A DNA stretch of 64,000 bases. Source: an uncultured Verrucomicrobiae bacterium. Its GTDB lineage: Bacteria; Verrucomicrobiota; Verrucomicrobiia; Chthoniobacterales; Chthoniobacteraceae. Below are positions 10,624 to 20,171 of this stretch, one piece after another; positions within the stretch are counted from its first letter, which is position 1, and each line of letters starts with the position of its first letter. The notes beneath the pieces are model-generated. The model had not been told where the DNA came from. It worked only from the letters and a program-made list of their open reading frames with translations, and made no database searches. The position numbers and the translations under genes were made by a program. Where the stretch lies: contig CAWHEP010000002.1 of NCBI GenBank assembly GCA_963828525.1, positions 416,001 through 480,000 of the forward strand. Reading direction: 5' to 3'.

Positions 10624-11769
10624 GTGGCTAAACCTTACGACTTGATCGTGCTCGGGGTGGGCGGCATGGGCGCGGCCGTGGTCGCGCACGCGGCCTGGAA
10701 AGGATTGCGCACGCTTGGCCTCGAACAGTATTCGCTGCCGCATCGGCGGGGCAGCTCGCATGGCGTGACCCGCATCCTGCGGCTGGGGCTTCACGAGGGG
10801 CCTACTTATGTGCCGCTGGTTTTGCGCGCGGTGGAACTCTGGAAGGAGCTCGGCCAGAAAGCCGGGCAGCCGATGTTCTACAACAACGGCAGCTTCGACG
10901 TCGCGCCGCCGGAGTCGCCTATCTTCAAAGGTTCGCAGGCGGCGTGCGAGAAGCATGGCATTGCCCATGAAATCCTGGATGCTCAGGAGACACATCGCCG
11001 GTTTCCCGGCATTACTCCGGACGCGGAAATGATGGCGGTTTATCAGCCGGGCTCGGGGTTTGTTCTCTCGGATGCCTCCATGGAGGCGCACCTGAACCTG
11101 GCGCTGGCGGCCGGGGCCGAACTGCACGGGCACGAGCAGGTCCTGGAGTGGCGGCGCGAAGGGGAACTCTGCCGGGTAGAAACGGATCGCGGAAAGTACC
11201 TGGCAAAAGCGCTGGTGGTGACGACCGGCGCGTGGGCGAAAAAACTCCTGCCGCACATCCCTGTGAAGACGGAGCGGCAGGTGGTGGGCTGGTTTCAGCC
11301 AAAGGAATCGCCGGAACTATTTACCCCCGCGCGCATGCCGAGCTGGATTATCGATTCCGCCCTGCTGGGGCATTTTTACGGGCTGCCGATCCATGGCATC
11401 CCGGGGTTCAAGCTCTCGAAGTTCTTTTACGGGGACCTGGTCGATCCTTCGGCCGGACTGCTGCCGCCGCAGCCGCAGGAGGAAGAAGCGTTGCGGGTCT
11501 TTTTGCGCCGCTATTTTCCAAAGGCGGATGGGCCGGTCCTGACTCTCGGCTCGACCTTCTTCGAGAATACTCCGGACCGCGACTTCATTATCGACGAACT
11601 GCCCGGCCAGCCCGGAGTCTGGCTGGCGCTTGGGTTCAGCGGCCATGGCTACAAGTACGCCACGGCCATTGGAGAACTCATGGCGAACCTGGCCAGCGGG
11701 GGGGAACCGGGCTTCGACCTGACTCCCTTCCGGGTGGCGCGCTTTGCCGGGGGAAAGCCGCCCGCCTAA
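10624..11769 (+). CDS. Monomeric sarcosine oxidase / N-methyl-L-tryptophan oxidase (SolA-like) FAD-dependent oxidase
   Basis: GVGGMG FAD motif, GSSHGVTRILR, FYGLP...PGFK, NTPDRDFIID, GFSGHGYK. Confidence 0.88.
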   Translation: MAKPYDLIVLGVGGMGAAVVAHAAWKGLRTLGLEQYSLPHRRGSSHGVTRILRLGLHEGPTYVPLVLRAVELWKELGQKAGQPMFYNNGSFDVAPPESPIFKGSQAACEKHGIAHEILDAQETHRRFPGITPDAEMMAVYQPGSGFVLSDASMEAHLNLALAAGAELHGHEQVLEWRREGELCRVETDRGKYLAKALVVTTGAWAKKLLPHIPVKTERQVVGWFQPKESPELFTPARMPSWIIDSALLGHFYGLPIHGIPGFKLSKFFYGDLVDPSAGLLPPQPQEEEALRVFLRRYFPKADGPVLTLGSTFFENTPDRDFIIDELPGQPGVWLALGFSGHGYKYATAIGELMANLASGGEPGFDLTPFRVARFAGGKPPA

Positions 11770-12194
11770 TGCGACAGGTCCATCTTGCCGAGACAGACGA
11801 ACAAATCCTGCGCTGCTTCCGAGTCATGGCAGAGCTGCGGCCTCACTTGGTCGAGCAGAAGTTTGCCGCTTATGTGCGGCTTCTGCAAAAAGAGGGCTAT
11901 CGCCTGGTCTTTCTTGAGGCTTCGAACCAGGTCATGTCGGTGGCAGGTTATCGCGTGCAGGAAAGTCTCGCGCGGGGGCGCTTCATGTATGTGGACGACT
12001 TCGTGACGGGCGCGGCGGCGCGCAAACATGGCTTCGCGACCACGTTGTTCGATTGGCTGGTGGCGCGCGCCCGGGAACTGGAGTGCGCCTCCATCCAACT
12101 CGATTCGGGACCCACGAGGCACGAGGCTCACCGTTTTTATGAGGCGAAAGGCATGACCCGGTCCAGCCGGCACTATTCACTTGTCCTTACTTAG
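11769..12194 (+). CDS. GNAT family N-acetyltransferase
   Basis: ATG overlaps the oxidase stop (TAATG); MAELRPHL, YVDDFVT..ARKHGFA, LDSG..RHEAHRFY. Confidence 0.88.
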   Translation: MRQVHLAETDEQILRCFRVMAELRPHLVEQKFAAYVRLLQKEGYRLVFLEASNQVMSVAGYRVQESLARGRFMYVDDFVTGAAARKHGFATTLFDWLVARARELECASIQLDSGPTRHEAHRFYEAKGMTRSSRHYSLVLT

Positions 12195-12198
12195 TAAC

Positions 12199-13536
12199 AT
12201 GGTGAGCCGCGCACAACTGGACGACTATAGGGCCTATCTCGCTTTTCCGAGCATCTCGGCCGATCCCGCGCGGAGGGGTGCCATGGAAGCTTGTGCGGGA
12301 TGGTTGCGACAGAAATTCGACAAGCTGGGCTTTGCCGCAGAGGTGTGCCCGACGGGTGGCGCTCCGCTGCTGCTGGCCAGGTCGCCCCGTTCGCCGGAGA
12401 AGAAAACGGTTCTTATTTACGGCCATTACGACGTGCAACCGGTCGATCCGCTGGAGCTGTGGCGGCATCCGCCTTTTGAGGGAACCATAGAAGACGGCCT
12501 CATGGTGGCGCGCGGCGCCACGGATAACAAAGGACAGACACTTAGTCATATCCTGGGGACGGAAGCGATTCTTACGGGTGGTCAGGATCTGCCGGTCAAC
12601 TTGATTTACTTGATCGAAGGCGAGGAAGAAATAGGCAGTCCGAATCTCCATTCATTTCTGGAAGCGCATCGCGATGAACTGGCTTGCGACGCCATCCTGA
12701 TTTCCGATACCAGCATGGCTGGCCCGGGCTTTCCTGCCATCACATGCGGGCTGCGCGGCATTGCCTGCCTGGAGCTGTGCATGACCGGCGCCAAGACAGA
12801 CTTGCACTCCGGGATGTACGGCGGCGCGATTGCCAATCCCGCGCTGGAATTGGCGCGCCTGCTGGTGCGGCTGCATGACGAGAGCGGAGAGATCGCCATT
12901 CCGGGATTCTACGACGAGGTGCTGCCCGCTTCACGCGCGGAGCTGGACGGGTGGCGGGCCATTCCCTTCGACGAAGCCGAAATCCTGCGGGCGACTGGGG
13001 CGAAGGAAATTTGCGGGGAGATAGGGTACACCGTGCTGGAGCGGCTCTGGACGCGGCCAACGGCGGAAATCAATGGCCTTACTTCCGGCTACCAGGGGAG
13101 CGGGAGCAAAACGATTATTCCCGCCGCCGCTAGCGCCAAGCTCAGCTTCCGGCTGGTGCCGCATCAAAAACCTGGGGTAGTCGCGCGTCTGGCAGAAGCC
13201 TTTCTGCGGCGGCATTGTCCCAGCTCCATGCACCTGGAGGTGGAATACGATCACGGCGGCGACCCTTATTATGCCGACCCGGACTCGGCCGTTAGCCGGG
13301 CTGCGCAACGGGCTCTTGAATCTGTGTTCGGGCAAGCCCCCGCCTTATTGCGAGAGGGATTGAGCATTCCTGTCGTCTCGCTCTTTCAGCGCGTGCTGCA
13401 TCGCCCGCCGCTGCTAATTGGCCTTGGCCTGCCAGATTGCGGCGCGCACGCGCCGAACGAGACCTTTCCTCTGGAACAACTGGAGAAAGGCATCGAACTC
13501 CACGGCGGCCTCCTTCGGGAGATCGCAGCCACATAG
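12199..13536 (+). CDS. M20 family dipeptidase/amidohydrolase
   Basis: YGHYDVQP, RGATDNKG, EGEEEIGS, DLHSG..GG and HAPNE motifs. Confidence 0.92.
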   Translation: MVSRAQLDDYRAYLAFPSISADPARRGAMEACAGWLRQKFDKLGFAAEVCPTGGAPLLLARSPRSPEKKTVLIYGHYDVQPVDPLELWRHPPFEGTIEDGLMVARGATDNKGQTLSHILGTEAILTGGQDLPVNLIYLIEGEEEIGSPNLHSFLEAHRDELACDAILISDTSMAGPGFPAITCGLRGIACLELCMTGAKTDLHSGMYGGAIANPALELARLLVRLHDESGEIAIPGFYDEVLPASRAELDGWRAIPFDEAEILRATGAKEICGEIGYTVLERLWTRPTAEINGLTSGYQGSGSKTIIPAAASAKLSFRLVPHQKPGVVARLAEAFLRRHCPSSMHLEVEYDHGGDPYYADPDSAVSRAAQRALESVFGQAPALLREGLSIPVVSLFQRVLHRPPLLIGLGLPDCGAHAPNETFPLEQLEKGIELHGGLLREIAAT

Positions 13537-13695
13537 ACTAGCTGGCTTCAGCTAATTGAGAGTGGCTTGTTCGTTGAATCTCCCCGTGAAGCAGGCGGCC
13601 ATTTTGTTCACCTCCGGGTTGTTTTTCTCATATCGTCCAAACATCAAGTTTCTGTAATCAGCTTCCTTGCCAGTGGGAGCCTATCTCGAAAATCC

Positions 13696-13709
13696 ATGTA
13701 ACGGCTTCC
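13696..13709 (+). promoter_or_regulatory. Putative ECF-sigma promoter element, copy 1
   Basis: ATGTAACGGCTTCC 40 bp before the ECF ATG; 12/14 identical to a motif before the kinase gene. Confidence 0.4.
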
Positions 13710-13735
13710 GTTCTTTATGGTAGAACGCTCTATCG

Positions 13736-14467
13736 ATGTCCGGCTGGAAATCCCGCTCCACACTCTTTGCCACCACCCGCTGGACAGTGGTCTGCGATGC
13801 CGCGCGTGGCGGGGACCATGGGGCAATAGAAGCGCTGGGAGTATTATTTGACACTTACTGGCAGCCCCTTTACCGCTACGCCCGCAGAAGAGGTAAATCC
13901 AAGGAGGACGCTGAGGATCTCGTCCAGGGGTTTTTGGCCCATTTCATTGAAGCGGAAGCTCTGCGGGGAACCGGCCGCGGCAAGGGTCTTTTCCGGGCCT
14001 TCCTGCTGGCATCCTTCAACCATTGGATGATTAACGAGTGGAAATATGCGTCCCGGGAGAAACGTGGCGGCGGCGTTCCCCCGCTATCGTTCGATTGGGA
14101 AAGCGCGGAGACCGGCTTGAAACTGGAAAGCGCCGACGAACGAAGCCCTGACAAATTGTTCGACCGCGAGTGGGCTATCACCTTATTGCGCAAAACGCTC
14201 GATGATCTGGAACGGTTGTGCCACGCCGAGGGGTATGGCTCACAGTTCGAAAACCTGAAACCTTGCCTCACCTTGGATTCCGGCAAAATCCCCTACGCTG
14301 AACTTGCGACGACACTCGACATGACCGAAGGCGCCGCGCGGGTGGCCATCCATCGCCTGCGCAAGCGTTACCGCCATCTGCTCAAAGAGGAAGTTGCCCG
14401 CACACTCTGGTCGCCCGAGGCCGTGGAGGCGGAAATGCACTCGCTCTTTGCCGCGCTAAGCGGATGA
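13736..14467 (+). CDS. ECF sigma-70 factor (kinase-associated type)
   Basis: FATTRWTVV N-terminus, YWQPLYRYARR, DAEDLVQGF, KGLFRAFL, YAELA..L..TEGAARVAIHRLRKRY. Confidence 0.9.
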   Translation: MSGWKSRSTLFATTRWTVVCDAARGGDHGAIEALGVLFDTYWQPLYRYARRRGKSKEDAEDLVQGFLAHFIEAEALRGTGRGKGLFRAFLLASFNHWMINEWKYASREKRGGGVPPLSFDWESAETGLKLESADERSPDKLFDREWAITLLRKTLDDLERLCHAEGYGSQFENLKPCLTLDSGKIPYAELATTLDMTEGAARVAIHRLRKRYRHLLKEEVARTLWSPEAVEAEMHSLFAALSG

Positions 14468-14475
14468 AAAAAATG

Positions 14476-14489
14476 ATGTAACGTTTTCC
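14476..14489 (+). promoter_or_regulatory. Putative ECF-sigma promoter element, copy 2
   Basis: ATGTAACGTTTTCC 48 bp before the kinase ATG. Confidence 0.4.
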
Positions 14490-14523
14490 ACGCTGCATTT
14501 TTGAGGAACGAGAATAAACAACA

Positions 14524-17322
14524 ATGCCCAATACATCTTCCTCACCAAACTGCCCTGGCTGCGGCGCTCCATTGCCCGAGGATTCCCCGCAAGCGCTTTG
14601 TCCCGCGTGTTTACTGCGCCAGGCACTCACATCGCGGACAATCAGTGCCGAAGGAGGAACAGCAACCGGCGCGCACTCCCCAACGGTGGAGGAAATCGCC
14701 GATAGATTTCCACAATTTGACATTCTCGAATGCTTGGGGCGCGGCGGGATGGGTGTGGTCTATAAAGCTCGTCAGAAGTCGCTCAACCGGCTGGTAGCGA
14801 TCAAAATTCTGGCCCCGGAGCGAGAACACGACTCTAGGTTCGCAGGCCGCTTCGCGCGTGAAGCGGAACTTCTCGCGAAACTGAGCCACCCCCACATCGT
14901 TACCATTCACGATTTTGGCGAAATTGGGGGACTCTACTACCTCCTAATGGAATTTGTGGATGGGGTAAGCCTGCGCGATCTTCTCCGCGAGGGAAAACTG
15001 GAGCCGAAGCACGCGCTGGCGATTGTACCGGAAATTTGTGACGCGCTGCAATTTGCCCACGATCACGGCATCGTCCATCGCGATATCAAACCCGAGAACA
15101 TCCTGCTCAATCGCCTTGGGCGCGTGAAGGTGGCGGATTTCGGTCTCGCGAAGCTCATCGCCGGCACCGCTGACATTGAATCCGGCCAATCGGATCCCAC
15201 CAGGCCCGTGGCAGACGATCTCACTGAGGTAGGCAAGACGATGGGCACGGCAACTTACATGGCACCTGAGCAAACGATAAATCCCGACTCAGTGGACAGT
15301 CGCGCGGATATCTACTCGCTCGGCGTGGTATTTTACCAAATGCTCACGGGAGAACTCCCCTCCAAGCTCATCGAGCCTCCCTCCAGCAAGGTGCAGATTG
15401 ACGTGCGGCTGGACGAGGTAGTGCTGCGCGCATTGGAGAGGGAACCCAGCCGCCGCTACCAGCAGGCGAGCATTCTAAAGACTCACGTGGAGACGATTGC
15501 GGAAACATCGGATGGTAAAGACACCCGGGCTGTGGCGCCGGAAAACACCGAACACAGCCTCATCCATTTGGAAGGTCTTACAAAATTCCGGTCTCGTTCC
15601 GCTTTACTGATCGCGCAACTGGCTGGCGTAGGTTGCCTCGGCCTTCTCGGTTTCATCCCAGGGTGGGAGAGACTATTTGGTTTGTTCGGACTTTTCGGAT
15701 TGCTTGGAATTGCCTATGTGGTCGAAGCGGTTACCCGGTCCAAAGGTAGTTACCCAGGAAGCAAGGCACGGAAATCGAATGCTGGGCTTTTCGGCCCAGC
15801 GCGCTTCTCTCGCACTGCCATCGCCGGCATCTGCTGGGCCGTGCTGACGCCAGTAGCGCTCATTTGGTTGAGGACCATTTCAGGCGAGCCCGCGGGAATT
15901 TGGAGTGAAATGTCGGGGCCGGATAAATTGGGGGCTATCATTACAGAAGTAATTGGGATTGTAGGCTCTGCCGCAGCGTTCGGCACGACGATTCTCGGCT
16001 GGGTCGCGGTTTCGCAAATCCGCCGCTCCGAAGGAAAAGTTTACGGCCTGGAACTGGCGGTGCTTGACGGGTTGCTTTTTCCGCTTTTGGCGCTGGATTA
16101 CGCCATTGCATATTTGATCGACGAGGCTGGAATCGCCCTCCATCTCTGGACGCAGAACTATGACGAAGTCTCCGATAGCTGGCTGACTATTCTGTCAATT
16201 GCTGCCTGGATAGCCGTGGATTTCATCATTGTTCGCAGCGTTTGGCGCGCCGTGAACTCCTCTCTGGCCGGCGCAACGCCAGAGAAGCCGTTACAGCCCG
16301 CTGCGGAGGGGCTCACTGCTGACGATAAGCCACGGAGGATGTATGGCCTCGCACTTCTCAAAATACTACCCCTTATCTGTAGTTGGGGATTTTGCGCTAC
16401 TTTCCTTGTGCCGAAACTGAGCCAATTATCCAGGGATCGAAGGATCAGCGACGGATCCTTCGCTTTCGAAAGGTTTGTTCTGGAGATATTCGGCCCTGGC
16501 GTTCCGAAACTCCTCCTCGTTTTATTTCTCGCGATTATTCTTATCGAGTGGCTGCTGCCGGAATGGCGCCGCCATCGCCGCAAAGCGTTGTTCATCGTCA
16601 CCACTACGATCAACGCTTTTGCTATAGTAAGTCTGCTCTTGCTGGTGACGATGGCATCCGTTGTTGCCAGCCCTCCCATCGCCCCGCTATCGCGGTCGGT
16701 CATAGCCGTAAACTTTCACTACCGGATCTTTGAAATAAACGCCGCGGATATGGACAAAATCCTTCCGTTTGCCGCACGCAAACTGGGATCCATGCCTGGC
16801 CTCAAGCCGTCTACTTCCACGTGGGTGGCCTCTTTGGGAGATCCCCAGAGGGGGCCGGACTCCGTCTTCAGCGGTGCCCAGTTTGCCGTAGCGACCACAT
16901 CCGATATCGCGCTGCTGTTGGCGAAGGCTGGGCCGATTCTGGTTGACCAAGCCCATCTCATTTACGGCTGGGATACTGCGGATGGCTGGAGCTACACCAC
17001 GACAAACGGCGCGTTTCGTGGTGGGGGATTTGGCAGCGGACTTATCGGGGCGCGGCAGGTGCGGGACGCGCTGGAAGTGCATTTGGAATACCAACTGACT
17101 CATTCGATCGACTTCCGTTCAGGACGGCCTGGCAAGCAGTGGCTGTCTCAAATCCTATATCAGGGCGCCATCGCCCAGCCTGGTGGCGCCTTAGTCTTTC
17201 TTGCGCCATTCACCTTTCAAACCCAGCCAGCGAAATACCTCGTGCTTTTGTTCGACATCACCCGGCTTCCGTTCGGGGAAGCTTCGCAGGCAGCGGCCGG
17301 CAGGCCAGCAGGATCCATGTAG
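14524..17322 (+). CDS. Membrane Hanks-type Ser/Thr protein kinase with N-terminal CxxC..CxxC ribbon, multiple TM segments and C-terminal soluble domain
   Basis: [48 protein letters not shown]; about 9 hydrophobic segments. Confidence 0.93.
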   Translation: MPNTSSSPNCPGCGAPLPEDSPQALCPACLLRQALTSRTISAEGGTATGAHSPTVEEIADRFPQFDILECLGRGGMGVVYKARQKSLNRLVAIKILAPEREHDSRFAGRFAREAELLAKLSHPHIVTIHDFGEIGGLYYLLMEFVDGVSLRDLLREGKLEPKHALAIVPEICDALQFAHDHGIVHRDIKPENILLNRLGRVKVADFGLAKLIAGTADIESGQSDPTRPVADDLTEVGKTMGTATYMAPEQTINPDSVDSRADIYSLGVVFYQMLTGELPSKLIEPPSSKVQIDVRLDEVVLRALEREPSRRYQQASILKTHVETIAETSDGKDTRAVAPENTEHSLIHLEGLTKFRSRSALLIAQLAGVGCLGLLGFIPGWERLFGLFGLFGLLGIAYVVEAVTRSKGSYPGSKARKSNAGLFGPARFSRTAIAGICWAVLTPVALIWLRTISGEPAGIWSEMSGPDKLGAIITEVIGIVGSAAAFGTTILGWVAVSQIRRSEGKVYGLELAVLDGLLFPLLALDYAIAYLIDEAGIALHLWTQNYDEVSDSWLTILSIAAWIAVDFIIVRSVWRAVNSSLAGATPEKPLQPAAEGLTADDKPRRMYGLALLKILPLICSWGFCATFLVPKLSQLSRDRRISDGSFAFERFVLEIFGPGVPKLLLVLFLAIILIEWLLPEWRRHRRKALFIVTTTINAFAIVSLLLLVTMASVVASPPIAPLSRSVIAVNFHYRIFEINAADMDKILPFAARKLGSMPGLKPSTSTWVASLGDPQRGPDSVFSGAQFAVATTSDIALLLAKAGPILVDQAHLIYGWDTADGWSYTTTNGAFRGGGFGSGLIGARQVRDALEVHLEYQLTHSIDFRSGRPGKQWLSQILYQGAIAQPGGALVFLAPFTFQTQPAKYLVLLFDITRLPFGEASQAAAGRPAGSM

Positions 17323-17429
17323 CACCTGGATCATCCTGCGCGGGAGGCTGCTACACCAAACGGGAGATCGATGAAAGGGATCGCCCGCCCGGTGAATCCA
17401 ATCATAACCTGCTGCACGGCCTTTGCTAC

Positions 17430-17530
17430 TCATACTCTCGTTGCAGTTGGCAACTGTGGCACCAAAACGCTTTTACTGGACCTGCGCGCCGCTTCCACCT
17501 GCTCCTGGATTGCCTCGGAAGCTCGCCCGG
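17430..17530 (-). pseudogene. Decayed fragment of a comM/yifB 3' region
   Basis: Manual alignment to comM 21327..21429 gives 73/103 identical positions with two 1-bp gaps; reads PGE.SEAIQEQVEAAR..Q*KRFGATVANCNESM versus [34 protein letters not shown]. Confidence 0.75.
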
Positions 17531-17660
17531 TCCTGCGACGCCTGTCAGAGAGCGCATGCTGCGATGCCGCGCTTCTGCGCTCGTTCGAGATCACTGCGGA
17601 GATCCTCAATGCGCTCAATAGCGGTTGAGCCGGGGCGGCTGCTGCTATAAATCAAATCGC

Positions 17661-18263
17661 ATGATCCTCGACCTCGAAGGAGAACACGCCAGCCGCGCCT
17701 ACTCGGTGCTTTGCACGCTGGTCACGCCGCGACCCATCGCATGGGTCACCACTGTCGATGCCGCGGGTGTGGTCAATGCCGCGCCGTTTAGCTTTTTCAA
17801 TGCGCTGGGGGCGAACCCGCCCATCGTCGGTTTTTGTCCGGGGGATCGCGAAGATGGGACGCCAAAGGATACGGCGCTGAACGTGAGGCAATCGCACGAG
17901 TTCGTGGTGAATTTGGTGGATGAAGCGATGGTGCAGGCCATGAACGCGACCTCCGCCACGCTCCCGTACGGCACGAGCGAGCTCCCGGCCGCGGGCCTGA
18001 CACCCGCGCCTTCGGTCTCTGTGAGGCCGCCGCGCATCGCCGAAGCCCCGGCTAGCCTGGAATGCCAGGAATGGGGCACACTGCAGATCGGCGCGAACCG
18101 CCTCGTCATCGGCCTTGTGAAACGGGTGTACATACGCGACGACCTTTTTGACCAGGAGACCCTCCGCGTCCGCGGCGAGCGATTCGAGGTAATCGGTCGC
18201 ATGGCCAGCCCGGATTGGTATTGTCGCACGATGGATCGCTTCGAGATGCGGCGCCCGGGCTGA
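17661..18263 (+). CDS. Flavin reductase family protein (FMN-binding split barrel)
   Basis: LVTPRPIAWVTT..NAAPFSFFN, KDTALN..EFVVN, PPRIAEAP..LEC, IGRM motifs. Confidence 0.92.
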   Translation: MILDLEGEHASRAYSVLCTLVTPRPIAWVTTVDAAGVVNAAPFSFFNALGANPPIVGFCPGDREDGTPKDTALNVRQSHEFVVNLVDEAMVQAMNATSATLPYGTSELPAAGLTPAPSVSVRPPRIAEAPASLECQEWGTLQIGANRLVIGLVKRVYIRDDLFDQETLRVRGERFEVIGRMASPDWYCRTMDRFEMRRPG

Positions 18264-18870
18264 CGGCACAGCTGCCCTGCTGCTGCCGGCGCCGATTCAG
18301 CAAGAATGAGCCGGCCTTGGTAAAGGAAGACATGGATGTGCCGGACCGATCCGCGCGGGAGAGGCCGTCCACCGGCCCGCCGCCAGGTGCGGTCAATTAC
18401 ATGGCGCTGCCCGGCGCGCCGGCTGTGGGAAGTGTTGCGCAGTAGCGGAAGGCAGGGCGAAGAACGCGCGGAGATCGCCCGGCTGGGTTGACATAGGGAG
18501 GTCGGATAGGGCCGCCGTCGTTCCTGCCGCAATTTCGGTTCTTTGCTAGATTTGATAAATTGCGCTTACGCTTCTCGGGGCGGTTCATCTAAACGTGCCC
18601 CATCCATCTGCTATTTTACAGAGACGGAATCCTTCAATTCCTTGATCCGAGCGTCTGTTATCCGGACGCGAGCCTCGTTATAAATCAGGGGTGCCATCGA
18701 ACCGTCCCTGGCGACGTAATCTGCTTCGAATTCTGCCTGATTGTTGCGATACGCTAGCCACGCCCTTTCAGAAGCTACGAGTTTCTTTTTTCCTGCGGAA
18801 TCTAAAGTTGCAGCGATTTTCTTGTAGATATTGTTCAGCTTCTTGTCACTTTTCTCGAAGTCAACGTTAG

Positions 18871-20089
18871 GGAGACGCTGATTAAAGGTCGAGTTCCGAG
18901 AGCGAGTTTGGTATAAGAGCGGGCATCATGGAACGCCAAAGAAGCTTCGCCCAAGCCGAGTACGCGCAGAAGAAAAAGATCACGCGGAGGGAGCGATTTT
19001 TGAATGAGATGGAGGCGGTGGTGCCATGGGCGAAACTGGTGGCGTGCGTCGAGCCCTTCTACTTCAAAGGCGAGCGTGGACGGAAGCCGGTGGGCCTGGA
19101 GCGGATGCTGCGGATGTACTTTTTGCAGCAATGGTACGCCCTGGCCGATGAAGCCCTCGAAGACGCGCTCTACGACAGCCAATCGATGCGCAGCTTTGTG
19201 GGGATCGACCTGAATGTGGAAGCGGTGCCCGATGCGACGACGCTCTTAAAGTTCCGTCGCATCCTGGAGCGCCACGCGTTGACGCAGAAGATCCTGGAGG
19301 AGGTGAACGCCCACTTAGCCAAACACCATCTGCTCATGCGGGAAGGAACCATCGTGGATGCCACCATCATTGCCGCGCCCTCCTCCACCAAAAATCAGCA
19401 GGGCAAGCGCGATCCTGAAATGCACCAGGTGAAAAAGGGAAACCAGTGGCACTTCGGGATGAAAGCGCATGTGGGAGCCGACGCGGACAGTGGGATGGTG
19501 CACACCGTGATCGGGACGGCGGCTAACGTGGCGGATATTACCTGCGGAGCGAGGCTGCTCCATGGAAAAGAAGAAGTCGTCTACGCGGACGCCGGGTATA
19601 CCGGGATCGAAAAGCGAGAAGGAGCCATTGGTCAGACTGGGCGCACCAAAGTCTGGCAGGTGGCGATCAAACGGGGGAAGATCAAGACGATGGCCGAAGG
19701 AGAGATCAAGGAACTGACCTGGCAGATGGAACGACTCAAAGCGCAGGTGCGAGCCAAAGTGGAACATGCTTTCCATGTGGTGAAGAACCTCTTCCAGTAC
19801 CGCAAGGTGCGCTACCGAGGGTTGGGCAAGAACACCGCGCAACTCCACACCTTGTTCGCTCTGGCCAATCTAGTGCAGGCCAAACGCAAACTACTGGCCG
19901 GAGCGCACGCATAACCAACGGGACCGGCAAAATCGACCTGAAGGAGCATCGCAATCACGCAATCAATGACTGCAACGGGTCAACTTAACCGCCGCTGAGG
20001 ACGAAGAATACCGGTCACCAACCCCGAACCCAAAAATCCTGCCACTTACTCCACTCTGTGGACCAAACTCACCTTTGATCAGCGGTTCC
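18871..20089 (+). mobile_element. Complete IS5-family insertion sequence, 1219 bp
   Basis: Terminal inverted repeats GGAGACGCTGATTAAAGGT / ACCTTTGATCAGCGGTTCC (16/19 match); TTAG direct repeats at 18867-18870 and 20090-20093. Confidence 0.95.
18928..19914 (+). CDS. IS5 family DDE transposase
   Basis: TRRERFL.EME.VVPW, LERMLRMYFLQQWY, PDATTLLKFR, IVDATII, GMKAHVG.D, YADAGY, RAKVEHAF, KVRYRGL.KN. Confidence 0.96.
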   Translation: MERQRSFAQAEYAQKKKITRRERFLNEMEAVVPWAKLVACVEPFYFKGERGRKPVGLERMLRMYFLQQWYALADEALEDALYDSQSMRSFVGIDLNVEAVPDATTLLKFRRILERHALTQKILEEVNAHLAKHHLLMREGTIVDATIIAAPSSTKNQQGKRDPEMHQVKKGNQWHFGMKAHVGADADSGMVHTVIGTAANVADITCGARLLHGKEEVVYADAGYTGIEKREGAIGQTGRTKVWQVAIKRGKIKTMAEGEIKELTWQMERLKAQVRAKVEHAFHVVKNLFQYRKVRYRGLGKNTAQLHTLFALANLVQAKRKLLAGAHA

Positions 20090-20171
20090 TTAGCGGCGAT
20101 GTTCATTTCTCCCTGGGTTTGGGCATGCAGGGGTGAAATAATTAAAAAGAATGCGAGAAAAAAATGGCGCT

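Noticed and set aside
11148..12194. 348-aa ORF suggesting a long GNAT fusion
   Set aside because: Only the part from ATG 11769 is GNAT-like; the rest is an alternate frame of the oxidase
18330..18470. Second possible comM remnant (GPL..RI..HI.V)
   Set aside because: Similarity needs two frameshifts over about 13 codons; too weak to list as a feature without a tblastn test
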